Below are positions 38,213 to 50,526 of a stretch of DNA of 64,000 nt, piece after piece. This DNA is from Felis catus (taxonomy: Eukaryota). Location of the stretch: assembly GCF_018350175.1 (NCBI RefSeq), contig NC_058368.1:120220001-120284000 (forward strand). The letters are read 5' to 3'. The notes beneath the pieces are model-generated. The model was given only the letters and a program-made list of their open reading frames with translations. It had not been told where the DNA came from and ran no database searches. The stretch's first letter is position 1; each line of letters opens with the position of its first letter. The translations under genes and the position numbers were made by a program.

Positions 38213-40940
38213 TATTGTCCTTTGTCCTGAGTTATAATTATCTTACTGGGTCTTGCCACAGAATGTATACATTAATTTTATACCTCTGATGTTTTCAATG
38301 CCATAGAGTGTTCTGGATACCCTGGATCAAATAGCAAGTCTATTTGGCTACAGCTCTTTCCTAGTTGGGTATCATTCCTATTTGAGAGCTATTTGGCATG
38401 TGCTACCCACAGAGTCTAAAGAGGTCAACGAGGTCTTTTTCTTCATGGGGAGAGATAAAAGATGCAATGGTCTATCCTTTACTTAGGAGACAATGTTCCC
38501 CACCATGACCACTAGAACCTAAATATTATAGGCGTGGTTGGTCCCTGTACCAAAATAGGATTTGTCTTTCATTCTCTGGACAACATATGTTTTACCATGG
38601 CCTTCACCATACTAACCACTTACTGCTCCTCTAGCCCTATCAGCATGATCTTATTGAGGTAATAGACCAACATGATGTACTCTGGTGCCTATACTTTGCA
38701 AATTTCTTTGTACTGTATTATGACAGAGATCAGGAGAGTTAGGCTAGCTTTGCAGCAAAGCCATAATTATATATTGTTGTCTGTTACGAACTATTTCTGA
38801 TTCTATTTTTTATTGAGACAGAAAAGAATTCTTTTATCAAATTGCTGGCTGTTTTTTTATCAACCTGAGGCAATATCATTGTGCTCTAGCAAGGGAAGAA
38901 TATCTGGCACCACAGCTGAGATCAGGGCTACTACCTGATTGAACACTGTTAGTTTCCTCAGGCTGCTGTACCAAAGTACCACAAACTTAGTAGCTTAAAA
39001 CAACAGAAATTTATTCTGTCACAGTTCTTAACAGCACAAGTCAGAAATCAAGGTGTTGGCAGGGCCATACATCCTCTGTACCCTCTAAAGGAAGATCCTT
39101 CCTTGACTCTTGCCAACTGCTGGTGGTTTGCCAACAGTCTTTGACATTCCTTAACTTGAAAACAGTTCCATCTCTACCTGTATCATCCCATGGAGTTCTT
39201 TCCTTACATGTCTGTCTTCACCTGTCCAATTTTCCTCTGTTTGTCTCTTTTCTTCCCATGAGAACACCAGTCTTATTGGATTAAGGCCCTATCCTAGTCC
39301 AGTCACCTAATCTTTACCAATCAGTTACATCTTTAATGAGCCTATTTCCAGATAAGGTCATATCCTGAGGTATTGGAAGTTAGGACCTCAACATATCTTT
39401 TGGGGGGAATACACTTCAACTATAACATTTACATTTGTATTCAGTTATCTTCCAGGATCATCCAATGTTTGCAGGGACCATACTGGAGAATACATGGTGA
39501 TATTATGGAAATCTCCTGTGCCCTGTAAGATTCTTGAGGCTGGCACTAATCCTTGCTTTCCATTGCCCTCCTGTGATGTGATCAACTTTTGCATTTATTA
39601 TCTTTGCTGCAAGTGATTGTTGACAGGTTTCTTCTTGGCCTTCCCCTCAAACAGAGAACCAACATGGAGTTTGTACCACATTGCAGGTATATCTGCAGAT
39701 CAGTAGGTCCACTGTAACCAGACCTTGCCAGGACTCCATTTATTACCTGATCCTCCTGTACCTCACCTAGTGCCATGAGGACACTTCAAGTCTTTGGGTC
39801 TCAGTGTCAACTCAGACCCTCAGATGCATAGCTTTCAATGTAAGTGGACCAAGGCCCATAAATAAGGATCACAGAGATGGTTAATGTGGATACTTAGTAT
39901 ATAATGTTGCACGCACAATCCTTCTTCAAGAGCTAGCCATCTGTTCAGGCAATACAACCAGGGTTTGAAAATTGACTCAAACTTGGACACTGGGGAATAG
40001 ATGATGACGTTTGATTGGTGTGACCATTCTTAATTTTCTAATTATTTTGCCCCTTGGAATGTTGTATTCTATTAAGCATCTCCAGAACTCTGTGGGTCAG
40101 TTGCCCTTAGCTGCCACTCTGACATTGCTACTTGTGACAGTAATTCTGACCCTGAAATCGAGTTTTTTGTCTGCTGTTACATAACCTGAATAGTGTCAGC
40201 ACCTTACCTTCTGCATTGCTATGAATGACCTAAAGTTTCTACCCTCCAGAGATGAGCTACCACTAAAAGTTTTAGTGATGCTTATTTTCCTCTCTCTAGC
40301 ACATTCCTTATGGCTTGGTGACTAAGTCCTCTCGATCTTCCTATGAAATATAATTTCATAGGGTCTTCTGATTATGCAAATCATACGTATTTCAGCATGC
40401 CGACTTCATTAACCTTCTTAATCCAGTTCTCCGCCATCTGCTACACAATGATTCTGGCTGTTCATTTTCACTCAGCACTGGACATCATCTTTTCCATGCC
40501 TCTGGGAGCATCCTAGTAGCGAGTTCATACATCATCTCCTAGAGTTCTTGCCAAGGTGTTAAGTTTCTCTCTAATTTTATCTTCTCCTTGATTACCGTCC
40601 TCATGCTTGCTTTGCCATGGCTAGGTCCTGCAGCTCCGTTGTGATATATATATTCTGATTGCATTTCATTCAGATGGTTTAATATACACACATAATCCAT
40701 TTCCACCGTTTTCACTCTTACTACAACACCATCTGGGCCATGCTGTGACATAAGTCTGCTTACAGGTCTACTGACCAGGAGGGCAAGGGTGATACATTTG
40801 CCTTTTGTATGCGGAAGAGAGATTTCTGCACTACCTTCAAGTAATAATAGAAAGGCCTCTGGCCATTATTGAAGACGCAGATAATTCAGAAGATTCTGAG
40901 TAGTCAAAATCTTAAGGCCCTTGAACTAGATGTCCCTGTC
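38213..40940 (-). mobile_element. Decayed ERV-L (class III) internal region: gag, protease, N-terminal pol/RT
   Basis: Minus translations GSELTL (ERV-L protease DTGSELTL), QVINGVLA, NQVVALISAVVPD, NSPDLCHN, LVYYLNKIMLIG (degenerate VHYIDDIMLIG), VQGP, VKDRPLHL; many stops and frameshifts. Confidence 0.88.
38945..39427 (-). mobile_element. MLT1C-type MaLR solo LTR nested in ERV-L pol
   Basis: TTAGTTTCCTCAGGCTGCTGTACCAAAGTACCACAAACT...AAATCAAGGTGTTGGCAGGGCCA...CCTATTTCCAGATAAGGTCA...ATAACA. Confidence 0.9.
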
Positions 40941-40959
40941 TCTCACGTTGTCCTTTACA

Positions 40960-41665
40960 ACCTCACCCACTTTACTCTCAACCATAACCACAGGTAACCA
41001 CAAATCTAATTTTTATGTGGAAAATGTCCTAATTTCAAGAATGTTCTATAAGTACAGTCTTACAGTATAGAACCTTTAGGATTTCTTTTAAACACACAAC
41101 ATAATTCCACAATTCCCAGGAGACTTGTGCTGTGTATCAATAGTTCTTTGCTTAATTGCTGATTAGTTTTCCATAGTTGGATTAAACAATTCACCCATTG
41201 AAGGACATGTAAATTGTTTCCAGCTTTTTACTGTTATAAATAAAGCTACTCAGAACATCAGTGTATGGGCTTTTATATGACAATATGCAGACATTATAAT
41301 GGAATAAATGCCCAAGAATGCAATTGCTGGGCCATATGGTAAGTGGATGTTTTGTTTTATAAGAACATGATAAGCCATATTCAACAGTGAAATACCATTT
41401 TATATTCCTACCAGCAGTGTATGATCAAACCAGTATTTCAACATCCTGGCTAACTTTGGTTTCTTCTTTTTATGTATGTTAGCCATTATGATAGATATAT
41501 AGTGATAACTCATCACGGTTTTTAATCGACAGGTTTGCTAATAGCTAACAATGTTGAAAATCTTTTCATGTGTTTATATGTCATCTTTATCCTCTCTAGT
41601 GTAATGTCTCTTCGTGTCTTTTTCCCACTTGCTAATTGGAATGTTTGATTTTTTGTAAACTGTAG
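40960..41665 (-). mobile_element. Ancient L1 (L1MC/MD-like) 3' region
   Basis: TTCACCCATTGAAGGACAT...GGAATAAATGCCCAAGAATGCAATTGCTGGGCCATATGGTAAG...ATGTTGAAAATCTTTTCATGTG. Confidence 0.8.
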
Positions 41666-44372
41666 GGTTCCTTTAATTAATAAACTTTATTTTTTAGAGT
41701 AGCTTTAGGTTCACAGTAAGATTGAACAGAAAGTTCAGAGAGTTGCCATATATCCCTGTCCACCTACACTCAAAACTACAGTATCTTGCATCACAGCGTC
41801 TTGTCTTTGTGATGATTGATGAACCTACATTGACACATTAATATAACCTCAGATCCATAGTTTACCTTAGGGTTTACTCTTCATGTTTTACATTTCATAG
41901 GTTTTTGCAAATAATGACATGTGCTTACCACCGTAGTATCTTACAGAATAGTTTCCCTGCTCCTAAGTTTTCTGTGCTGGACCTATTCAGCCTTAGCTCC
42001 CTCCTCACACCTGGCAACCCGGCAACCACTTATCTTTTTAATGTCTATGTAGTTATTTTTTTTTCCTGAATGCCATACAGTTTAAATCATATAGTTTAAA
42101 CCTCTTCAGATTATCTCCGTTCACTTAGTAATATGTGTTAAAATTTCCTGCATATCTTTCTAAGGTGCATTAGCTCTTTTATTTTTAGCACTGAATAAAT
42201 ATTCCATTGTCTGGATGTGCCATGGTTTATTTATCCATTCATCCACTGAAGGACAACTTGGTTGCTTCCAAGTTTTTACAAGTACTAATAGAGCAACTGC
42301 TGTAAACATCTATGTGCAGGTCATTGTGTGTACACAAGTTTTCAGTTTATTTGAATAAATACCAAGAAAGTTGATTCTTGGATCACATGGTAAGTGTTTA
42401 GTTTTATAAGTAACTGTCAAACTCCTTTTTGCATTGCCAAAGTAGCTGTACCATTTTGCATTGCCACCAGCAAGGAATGAGAGTTACTATTGTTCCCCAT
42501 TCTCAAGAGCATTAGGTGTTACTAGTGTTTTGCATTTTGGCCATTCTAATAGGTGTGAAGTGATATCTCATTGTTTTAAAGTCTCTTCCTTTTTTGACAA
42601 GTCTTTTTCATTTTAGTATTTTTAAACTATCCCCCCCCCCCCATTCTTTCTCTTATTCTATGTTTCTTGTATGAGTTGCTGGTCATTAGTTTTGTTTATC
42701 TGTAGTTAAGACAAGTTGTGGACAGATTGATAAGATTGTTTTAATTTGCAATTCCCTGTTGACATATTATGTGAAAGAAGTATCTTTTGATATGTTTACT
42801 TGACATCTTTATGTCTTTTTTGGTAAGTTGTCTGCTCAGGTCTTTTCCACATTTTTTTAAAATCAATTGTTCACTTTTCTTCATATTGAGTTTTAAGAGT
42901 TCTCCGGTGGGTTGGATAATCATTTATCAAAACTGTATTTTTTTAATTTACTTTCAAGTTAGTTAACATACAATGTAGTCATGTTCTCCCCATCTGTAGT
43001 TTATCCTCTCATTATTTTGATGTTTTCTTTCTCAGGGTAGAGAGTTTTAATTTTAATGAGGTCCCATTCATCAAGTGTTTCTTTCATGAATCGTATTTTG
43101 GTGTTGTATGTAAAAAGTCATCATTACATCCAAGGTCATAGAGATTTTCTCCTGTGTTATCTTCTAGGAGTTTTGTGGTTTTGCATTTTGCAGATAGGTG
43201 TATGATCCATTTTTAGTTAATCTTTGTTTAGAGTGTAAGGTCTGTGTCTAGATTTCTTTGTTTAGTTGCTTTTTAAAAAATATTTAAATGCCTAATTGTT
43301 CCAGAACCATGTGTTAAAGGGATAATCTTTAACTGCCTTTGCTCTTTTGTCAAAAAAATCAGTTGACTATATTAATGGGGGTATATTTCTGACCTCTCTG
43401 TTCTGTACAAATGATTATAGTTATCTGTTCTTTAATTAATATTATACGGTTACATTCGTTTTATAGTAAGTCTTGAAATTGAGTAGTGTCATTCCTTCAA
43501 TTTTGTTCTTATCTTTCAATATTTATTTGATTATTTGGGGTTTATGCCTCTCCATATAAACATTTGAGTCAGTTTGTCAGTGTCCACAAAATACTTTCTG
43601 GAATTTGTTGGGATTGCATGAAATCTATAAATCGAGTTGGGAAGAACTGACATCTTGGCAATATTAAGTCTTTCTACACACACACATGGGATATCTCTCC
43701 ATTTATTTGTTTCCTTTTTAGTATCTTACACCAGAGTTTTATAGTTTTCCTCATATAGATCTTGTACATATTTTGTCACATCTATACCTAAGTATTGCAT
43801 TTGGGGAAAGCTAATGTAAATGTTATTTTTGTTTCCTATTTCAGATTCTTTTTGTTCATTGCTGGAATATAGGAGAGGGATTGGCTTTTGTACATAACAT
43901 TGTATCTTGTGACTATCCTATAATCACTTATTAGTTCCAGACTGTTTGTTTATTTACTCTTTGGGTTTTCCATATAGATGATTGTGTCATGTGTGAACAA
44001 AGTTTTTTTTCTTCCTTCCTACTATATACACCCTTTATTTTTTTTTTCTGATTCTAATGGCAGTACTTCAAGGTTTTCACTATTAAGTATGATAGTGTTT
44101 TGTTGTCGTTATCGAGTTGAAAAAGCTTCCCTGTATTCCTAGTTTACTTAGAGGTTTTTATCTTTATTTCATTATGAATGGATGTTGGATTTTGTCAAAT
44201 GTTTTTCTTTCATTTATTAATCTGATCAGGTTATATCAGATTTTTATTCTTCAGCCTAGTGATATGATGGATTACATTAACTAAGTTTTGAATATTGAAC
44301 CAGTCTTGCATACCTGCAATAAATTACACTTGGTTGTGGTATATAATGCGTTTTATAAATTGTTGGATTTGA

Positions 44373-44559
44373 GGGTGCCTGGGTGGCTCAATTGGTTAAG
44401 CATCAGACTTCGGCTCAAGTCATGATCTCACCATTTGTGAGTTCAAATTCTGCATCAGGTGAGCTTGAGCCCCGCTTTGTGTGAGCCCCTTCTCTCTCTC
44501 TTTCTTTCTCCTTTTCTCTCTCTGTCCATCACTCGTGCCCTCTCTCTCTTAAAAGAAAA
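44373..44559 (+). mobile_element. Variant Can-SINE nested in L1
   Basis: GGGTGCCTGGGTGGCTCAA head; 11-bp TSD GTTGGATTTGA at 44362-44372 and 44560-44570. Confidence 0.92.
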
Positions 44560-45878
44560 GTTGGATTTGATTCGATAATATTTTTGAGGATTTTTACACC
44601 TATGTTTCTCATAATGTCTTTCTCTGATATTAATAAGTAAGGTAATGTTGACCTCATAGAATGAGTTATGAAGTGTTTCCTCTGTTTCTATCCTATAATA
44701 GTTGTTGTAGAGAATTGGCATATTTTTTTTCTTTAATTTTGCTAAAATTCACTAGTGAATCCATCTGGACCTGATACTTTCTGACTTGGAAAGATTATTA
44801 ATTATTGCTTCAATTTCCTTAATAGATAAAGGCCTACGTGTGAGTTTTAGCAGACTGTTTCTCTCAAAAAAAACTGGTTAATTTAATCAAGGTATCAAAC
44901 CTGTAGGCATGGAATTTTTTTGTTGTTGTTTCTTTCTGTCTTTTATTGTTCTTGCTTTTCAGCTTGAAATATTTTTATTGTCATATCCTCATACTTAGAG
45001 ATCCTTTCCTCAACCAACTACAATGTACTATTGAACCCATCAAAGGTATTCTTCATTTCTGATACAGTGTTTTTGATCTCTAGCCTTTCTTTTAGATTCT
45101 TTCTTAAGAATTTCTGTTTGTCTGCCAACATTTTCTATCTGTTCTTTCATGTTTTCTACTTTTTCCATCAAATCCTTTAGCATATTAATCGCTAAAGAAA
45201 AACTCTTCCCTTGGTAATTCTAATATCCTTGACAAAACTGAATCCACCTCTGGTGCTTGCTCATTCTCTTCAAAATATGTTTTCTGCCTTGCCATTTTTT
45301 ATTGATACATGGACATGATGTACCGGATAAAATAAGCTTTATAAACAGATGTTGAGGAATGTAGTGGTAATGTGGGAGAGAGCTGGGGTGAAGGAGAATT
45401 CCATAATCCTGTTGTAGGCTTTAGTCTTTTGATAAGCCCGAGATCCTAGGTTGTGAACGTCACCATTGTTTTTCAGTATTTTCCCCCCATCTTACATGGA
45501 ACGGGAGAGCTAGAGGAAAATGGATTTGGGTATTTCCCGTGAAATTCCTGATTAAACTCTGTTAATATAGCTTTTCTTGAGAGTAGGCCTTGTTTAGAAG
45601 AACAGAGTGCTCTGATGTATTTCAAAATGGTTCCTTTTCTCTCCATTTCCTGGAAGCAGGAGGGAACTTTTTCCCAGTCACTTTGAGGACCTGGTAGAAG
45701 TCCCTAGAAGTCCCTGAGGTAGAACTCAGAAAAGTGTGACAAGGTCCTCTAAAGTTTTCATCTTTCAAATTTGTGCATAATGTCCCTTTAGCAGTTTATC
45801 AATTATAATTCAAGATTTCTTACCCCAGTGCTGGTTCCCATAAAGGTTTTTGCTCATGATTTTCTGCTCTGGTAATTT

Positions 45879-46045
45879 CTTTTTTAAGTTTATTTATTTA
45901 ATTTGAGAGAGACAGAGACAGTGCAAATGGGGGAGGGGCAGTGAGAGAGGGATATAGGTGGCTCAAACTCACAAAACCATGAAATCATGACCTGAGCTGA
46001 AACCAAGAGTTGAACGCTTAACTGACCGAGCCACCCAGGCACCTC
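45879..46045 (-). mobile_element. Can-SINE with ~50-nt internal deletion
   Basis: Perfect 16-bp TSD TCTGCTCTGGTAATTT at 45863-45878 and 46046-46061. Confidence 0.93.
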
Positions 46046-46066
46046 TCTGCTCTGGTAATTTTTAAT

Positions 46067-46122
46067 TCTCTGTATCTCTTTATCTCTGTATCTCTGTATC
46101 TCTTTATCTCTGTATCTCTTTA
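46067..46122. repeat. 8-mer tandem repeat TCTCT[G/T]TA x7
   Basis: Read directly. Confidence 0.9.
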
Positions 46123-46966
46123 ATTTTTAGGGCAGCACCTTGCCCTGGGCAAGGGCAGCACCTTGCCCAGCACTTCTTTGATGGATCTAAGAAGAGTGGT
46201 TGTTTGGTTTGTTTAGCTTTTTACTTTCCTGTTTGTTCTTTTCTATTATATTTCTTATCCTTGACTCATTGCCTTACATACTGTAGGTACTTCATAAGTA
46301 TCTGTTGAATGCATGCATGAAAGAAAATAAATGCATGCATAAGACAATGACTAGAAGTTACTCTGGATTTACTATGGTGCCATGTAATTCACTATAGCCG
46401 ATAGATTCCAGCAGGCACATGTTGATTCCTTGTTCTGGCCACAGACTCTTAGTCCCAATTACCAACTGGGGAGGCCCCCTTAACATCAAACTTCGCAGAG
46501 TGACACAGCTCCAAGATTAGAACATGTAAGGCAGGATAGAAATCTCTGTCCTTACTTCTTGATCTTTCTGCTTTCTCCTTCTGGAAGGGACTGATTTATT
46601 TATTTTTTTTATTCATCTAATTTTATTTATTTCATTATGGTAAGTGTACTCTTTAATCCCTATCACCTATTTCCCCCATCCTCCCACCCACTTCCCCTCT
46701 GGTAAACATCAGTTTGTACTGAATAGTTAAGAATCTGTTGGTTTGTCCCTCATTTTTTTTGTACTTTGTTTTGTTTCTTAAATTCCACATAAGTGAGATC
46801 ATAATAGTATTTGCCTTTATCTGACTGACTTATTTTGCTTAGCATTATACTTTATAGCTCTATCCATGTCATTGCAAATGGCAGGATTCCATTCATTTTT
46901 ATGGCTGAATAATATCCTGTGTATCTGTGTGTATGTACATATATATACACTCATACACATACATTA

Positions 46967-47024
46967 TATCTCTATCTCTATCTCTATCTCTATCTCTATC
47001 TCTATCTCTATCTCTATCTTTATC

Positions 47025-47064
<40 letters not shown>
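46967..47064. repeat. (ATCTCT)n and (CA)n microsatellites inside L1
   Basis: Read directly. Confidence 0.93.
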
Positions 47065-47069
<5 letters not shown>

Positions 47070-47428
47070 CACATCTTCTTTATCTGTTCATCTGTTGATG
47101 AACACTTGGGCTGCTTCCATAGTTTGGCTATGATAAACAATGCTGCAATAAACATAGGGATGCATATATCCCTCTGATTTAATGTTTTTGTATTCTTTGG
47201 GTAAATACTCAGTAGTGTGTGATTATTGGATAGTAGGGTAGTTCTTTTTTAAATATTTTTTTTAAGAACCTCTGTGTTGTTTTCCACAGTGGCTGTACCA
47301 GTTTGCATTCCCACCAACAGTGCATGAGGGTTCCTTTTTCTCCACACCCTTGTCAATACTTGTTGTTTCCTGTGTTTTTTTATTTTAGCCATTCTGACAG
47401 GTATAAATTGATACCTCATTGTAGTTTT

Positions 47429-47643
47429 TTCCTAAAATTTTTTTTAATGTTTTTTTTTTATTTTTGAGACAGAGCATGATCAGGGGAGGGGCAGAGAGAG
47501 AGAGGGAGACATAGAATCTGAAGCAGGCTCCAGGCCCTGAGCTGTCAGCACAGAGCCCGACGTGGGGCTTGATCTCACGGAACGTGAGATCATGACCCGA
47601 GCTGAAGTCGGACGCTCAACCGATTGAGCCACTCAGGCACCCC
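47429..47643 (-). mobile_element. Can-SINE nested in L1 ORF2
   Basis: Perfect 16-bp TSD ACCTCATTGTAGTTTT at 47413-47428 and 47644-47659. Confidence 0.96.
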
Positions 47644-50149
47644 ACCTCATTGTAGTTTTGATTTGCATTTCCCTGATGATAATTGATGTTGAACACCTTT
47701 TCATGTGTCTTTTGACCACCTGGATGTTCCCTTTGGAGAAATGTCTGTTCATGTCTTGTGCCTATTTTTAATAGGATTATTTGTTTTTAGGGTATTGGGG
47801 TAAATCAGTCCTTTATATATTGTTGATACTAACCTTTTATTGGGTATGTCATTTGCAAATATCTTTTCCTATTCTGTGGCTTGCTTCTTAGTTTTGTTGA
47901 TTGCTTCCTGCACTGTGTGGAAACTTTTTATTTTAATGTAGCCCCAGTAGTTTATTTTTGTTTTCATTTCCCTTGCCTCAGGAGACATATCTAAAAAAAT
48001 GTTGGTATGGCCATTGTCAGAGAGATTACTTCCTGTGCCCTCTTCAAGGTTTTTTATGGCTCCAGGTCTCACATTTAGGTCTTCAATCCATGTAGAGTTT
48101 ATTTTTGTGTATGGTGAAAGAAAGTGGCCAAGTTTCATTCTTCTGCATGTGGTTGTCTAGTTTCCCAACACCATCTGTGAAAGAGAATTTTTCCCATTGT
48201 ATATTCATTACTGCTTTGTCAAAGATTAATTGACCATATAAGTAGTTCTATTTGTGGGTTTTCTCTTCTGTTCCATTGATTTATGTGTCTGTTTTTATGC
48301 CAGTACCATACTGTTTTAATTACTACCACTTTGTAATATAACATAAAATCTGGAATTGTAATACCTCCAGTTTTGTTTTTCTTCTTCAAGATCACTTTGT
48401 CTATTCAAGATCTTTTGTAGTTTCATAGAAATTTTAGGACTGTTCGTTTTAGTTCTGTGAAAAAATGCTGTTGATATTTTGATAGAGATTGCTTTGGGTA
48501 ATACAGCCATTTTAACAATATTTGTTCTTCCAACCCATGAGCATGGAATGTCTTTCCTTTTCTTTGCATCATCTTGAATTTCTTTCGTCATCGTATTATA
48601 GTTTTCAGAGTACAGGTCATTCACCAATTCGGTTAAGTTTGTTCCTAGATATTGTACTGTTTTTGGTGCAAATGTAAATGGGATTGTTTTCCTAATTTCA
48701 TTTTCTGCTGTTTCATTACTAGTGTAGAGAAATACAACAGATGTTTGGACATTGATATTGTATCCCGCAACTTAATTCATGTATCAGTTCTAGTAGTTTC
48801 TTGGTGGAGTCTTTAGAATTTTCTATTTATAGTATCATCTCATATGCAAATAGTGAGAGTTTTATATCTTCCTTGCCAATTTGGATGCCTTTTAGGGAGT
48901 GATTTAATTATAAAAGGTGATTATTTCCAGGAAGGAAGGAATTTATGTGTCTTATAGACATCCAACTCTGAAGAATGGGAGGACTCAATGTTAATGACAT
49001 TTTGAAGCCCAGACACAAAGACTGGTAGGAAGATTAAAATAAGACTGGGGTGGGGGGATGCTAAAAGGGTAAAAAATGAGGTTGAAGGAAAGACCCAGTG
49101 CAAGCGACCCTGCATATATGAGGTAATGTGAACTTCACTTACCCTAACATATCCAGTGGGTAGAGTTAACTTTTGACATCACTCAAGAGACACAGAGTAT
49201 GTGTTTAGTTAAGAATGGGTGAAATTGGGTTCTCTCTAATAAGAGACTCTCTTTTCAGATATTTTCAGACATTTTAGGCTCTAACAAGGGAATTACAAAG
49301 GCCCAGGCATCCATATCTTTTGGAGATCTCTGGCTCTTTTGCATTGAGAGGAAGCTGCCTGGTGCTCCATTGCTAACAACCCATGGGCTTTGGTAGGCAT
49401 AAAGAAATCTACAAGATACTTTTGACCATGCCTCTTGTTTGAGATCCTTCTGGGAAAGCAAAACATGTTTTATTTCTTGGCCAAACATGAAAATTAAAAC
49501 ATTAAAAATAAAACACCCCTCAAATTCTGGCATTCAAACTGTAAAGCCTGTAACTGAAGAACTATGTTCTTCCCTACCACTTGTGCCTCTCAGAAACAGA
49601 TTTAAAAAAATCAGAAATGTGCAACTGCAATCATCCACTTTGTTAGTGGACGTTTTAAAAAGCATTATATATTTAAGTTGTATTCTTTCTTTCTTGAATT
49701 CTTAAGAACATGTGCTCGTACCCTCTTCTTACAGAAAACTTTGAGATGAACATTAAACAATGATAGGTGCAAATACAAACCTGAGTATGTTCAAACTTAC
49801 AGTATGTGAAGACTAACCTCCATGCCTGTGCCTCCTCCCATTTGATAGCCTGCAGAAGGTATGAACAGAGGCTGTTTATTGGGGAGAAAATCCTGTAGAG
49901 CCATTCAACTAGGTTTAGGCTGGTATCAAAGGTCCCCCTGTCTATTTCTTTCTGATAGTTGCCCTGGACTCTAATTTTCTGGCAGACTCTGTTCTGGTTT
50001 CAGTTGCCCTTGACACCCTGCCCCATGTCCGGAATATTCCCAGGGTACAGGAGCTTTCTGGGTGTATTTTCACCTTGAGCTATATTTCACTTTGATTGAC
50101 TCATCCTGTTTATATTTGTCAGTTGGAAATTTCTGAGCTTTACACTTTA

Positions 50150-50260
50150 TTTATATATTTGTTTCTTTGGTTATTGAAGTATAGTTGATTCACAATGTTA
50201 GTTTCAGGTATAGAACACAGTGCTTCAACAACTCTATACATTATGCTCGCCACTGTAAAG
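50150..50260 (-). mobile_element. Very short L1 3' terminus
   Basis: TTATTGAAGTATAGTTGA...AATGTTAGTTTCAGGT; perfect 17-bp TSD CTGAGCTTTACACTTTA at 50133-50149 and 50261-50277. Confidence 0.88.
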
Positions 50261-50399
50261 CTGAGCTTTACACTTTAAAAGGCATAGGGCAAGGGACTCT
50301 ATTTTGTTTGCTACTAGGCATCCTGAATGTATTGCTCTGTAATGGGGTGAAAAGACCATATATTCTGTAATGCAACAAAAGTGGAAAAAACTACTGAGT

Positions 50400-50526
50400 T
50401 CTTGAGGGTCAGTTTCCTCATTTGCAAATGGAAAGGACAATAAGGACTGTACTGTGGAGCTATTAGGAAGATTGAACTTAAGTGAACTATCTTGTACAAT
50501 GCCTGGCATATAGTAAGTACACAAAA
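50400..50526 (+). mobile_element. MIR fragment
   Basis: TCAGTTTCCTCATTTGCAAATGG...ACAATGCCTGGCATATAGTAAGTAC. Confidence 0.8.

Larger units (their letters stand above)
41672..46230 (-). mobile_element. L1MC1-like element: 3' UTR, decayed ORF2 to ~44910, then ORF1/5' region after a large internal deletion
   Basis: L1MC1-type 3' end (TTTAGGTTCACAG...GATGAACCTACATTGACACAT...CCATAGTTTAC); antisense ORF2 motifs; 46190-46225 mirrors the L1 5' piece at 56860-56950. Confidence 0.82.
46599..48893 (-). mobile_element. 5'-truncated carnivore L1 with decayed ORF2
   Basis: Minus ORFs 47869-48138, 48316-48627 and 46964-47155 give ORF2 peptides (PYTKINS.WI.DLNVR, DIPCSW.GR.NIVKM, MFIAALF.IAK.WKQPKC); 13-bp TSD AGGGA[C/G]TGATTTA at 46586-46598 and 48894-48906. 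Confidence 0.95.

Noticed and set aside
46866..47177. ORFs with ISIS/THTH runs
   Set aside because: Microsatellites inside L1
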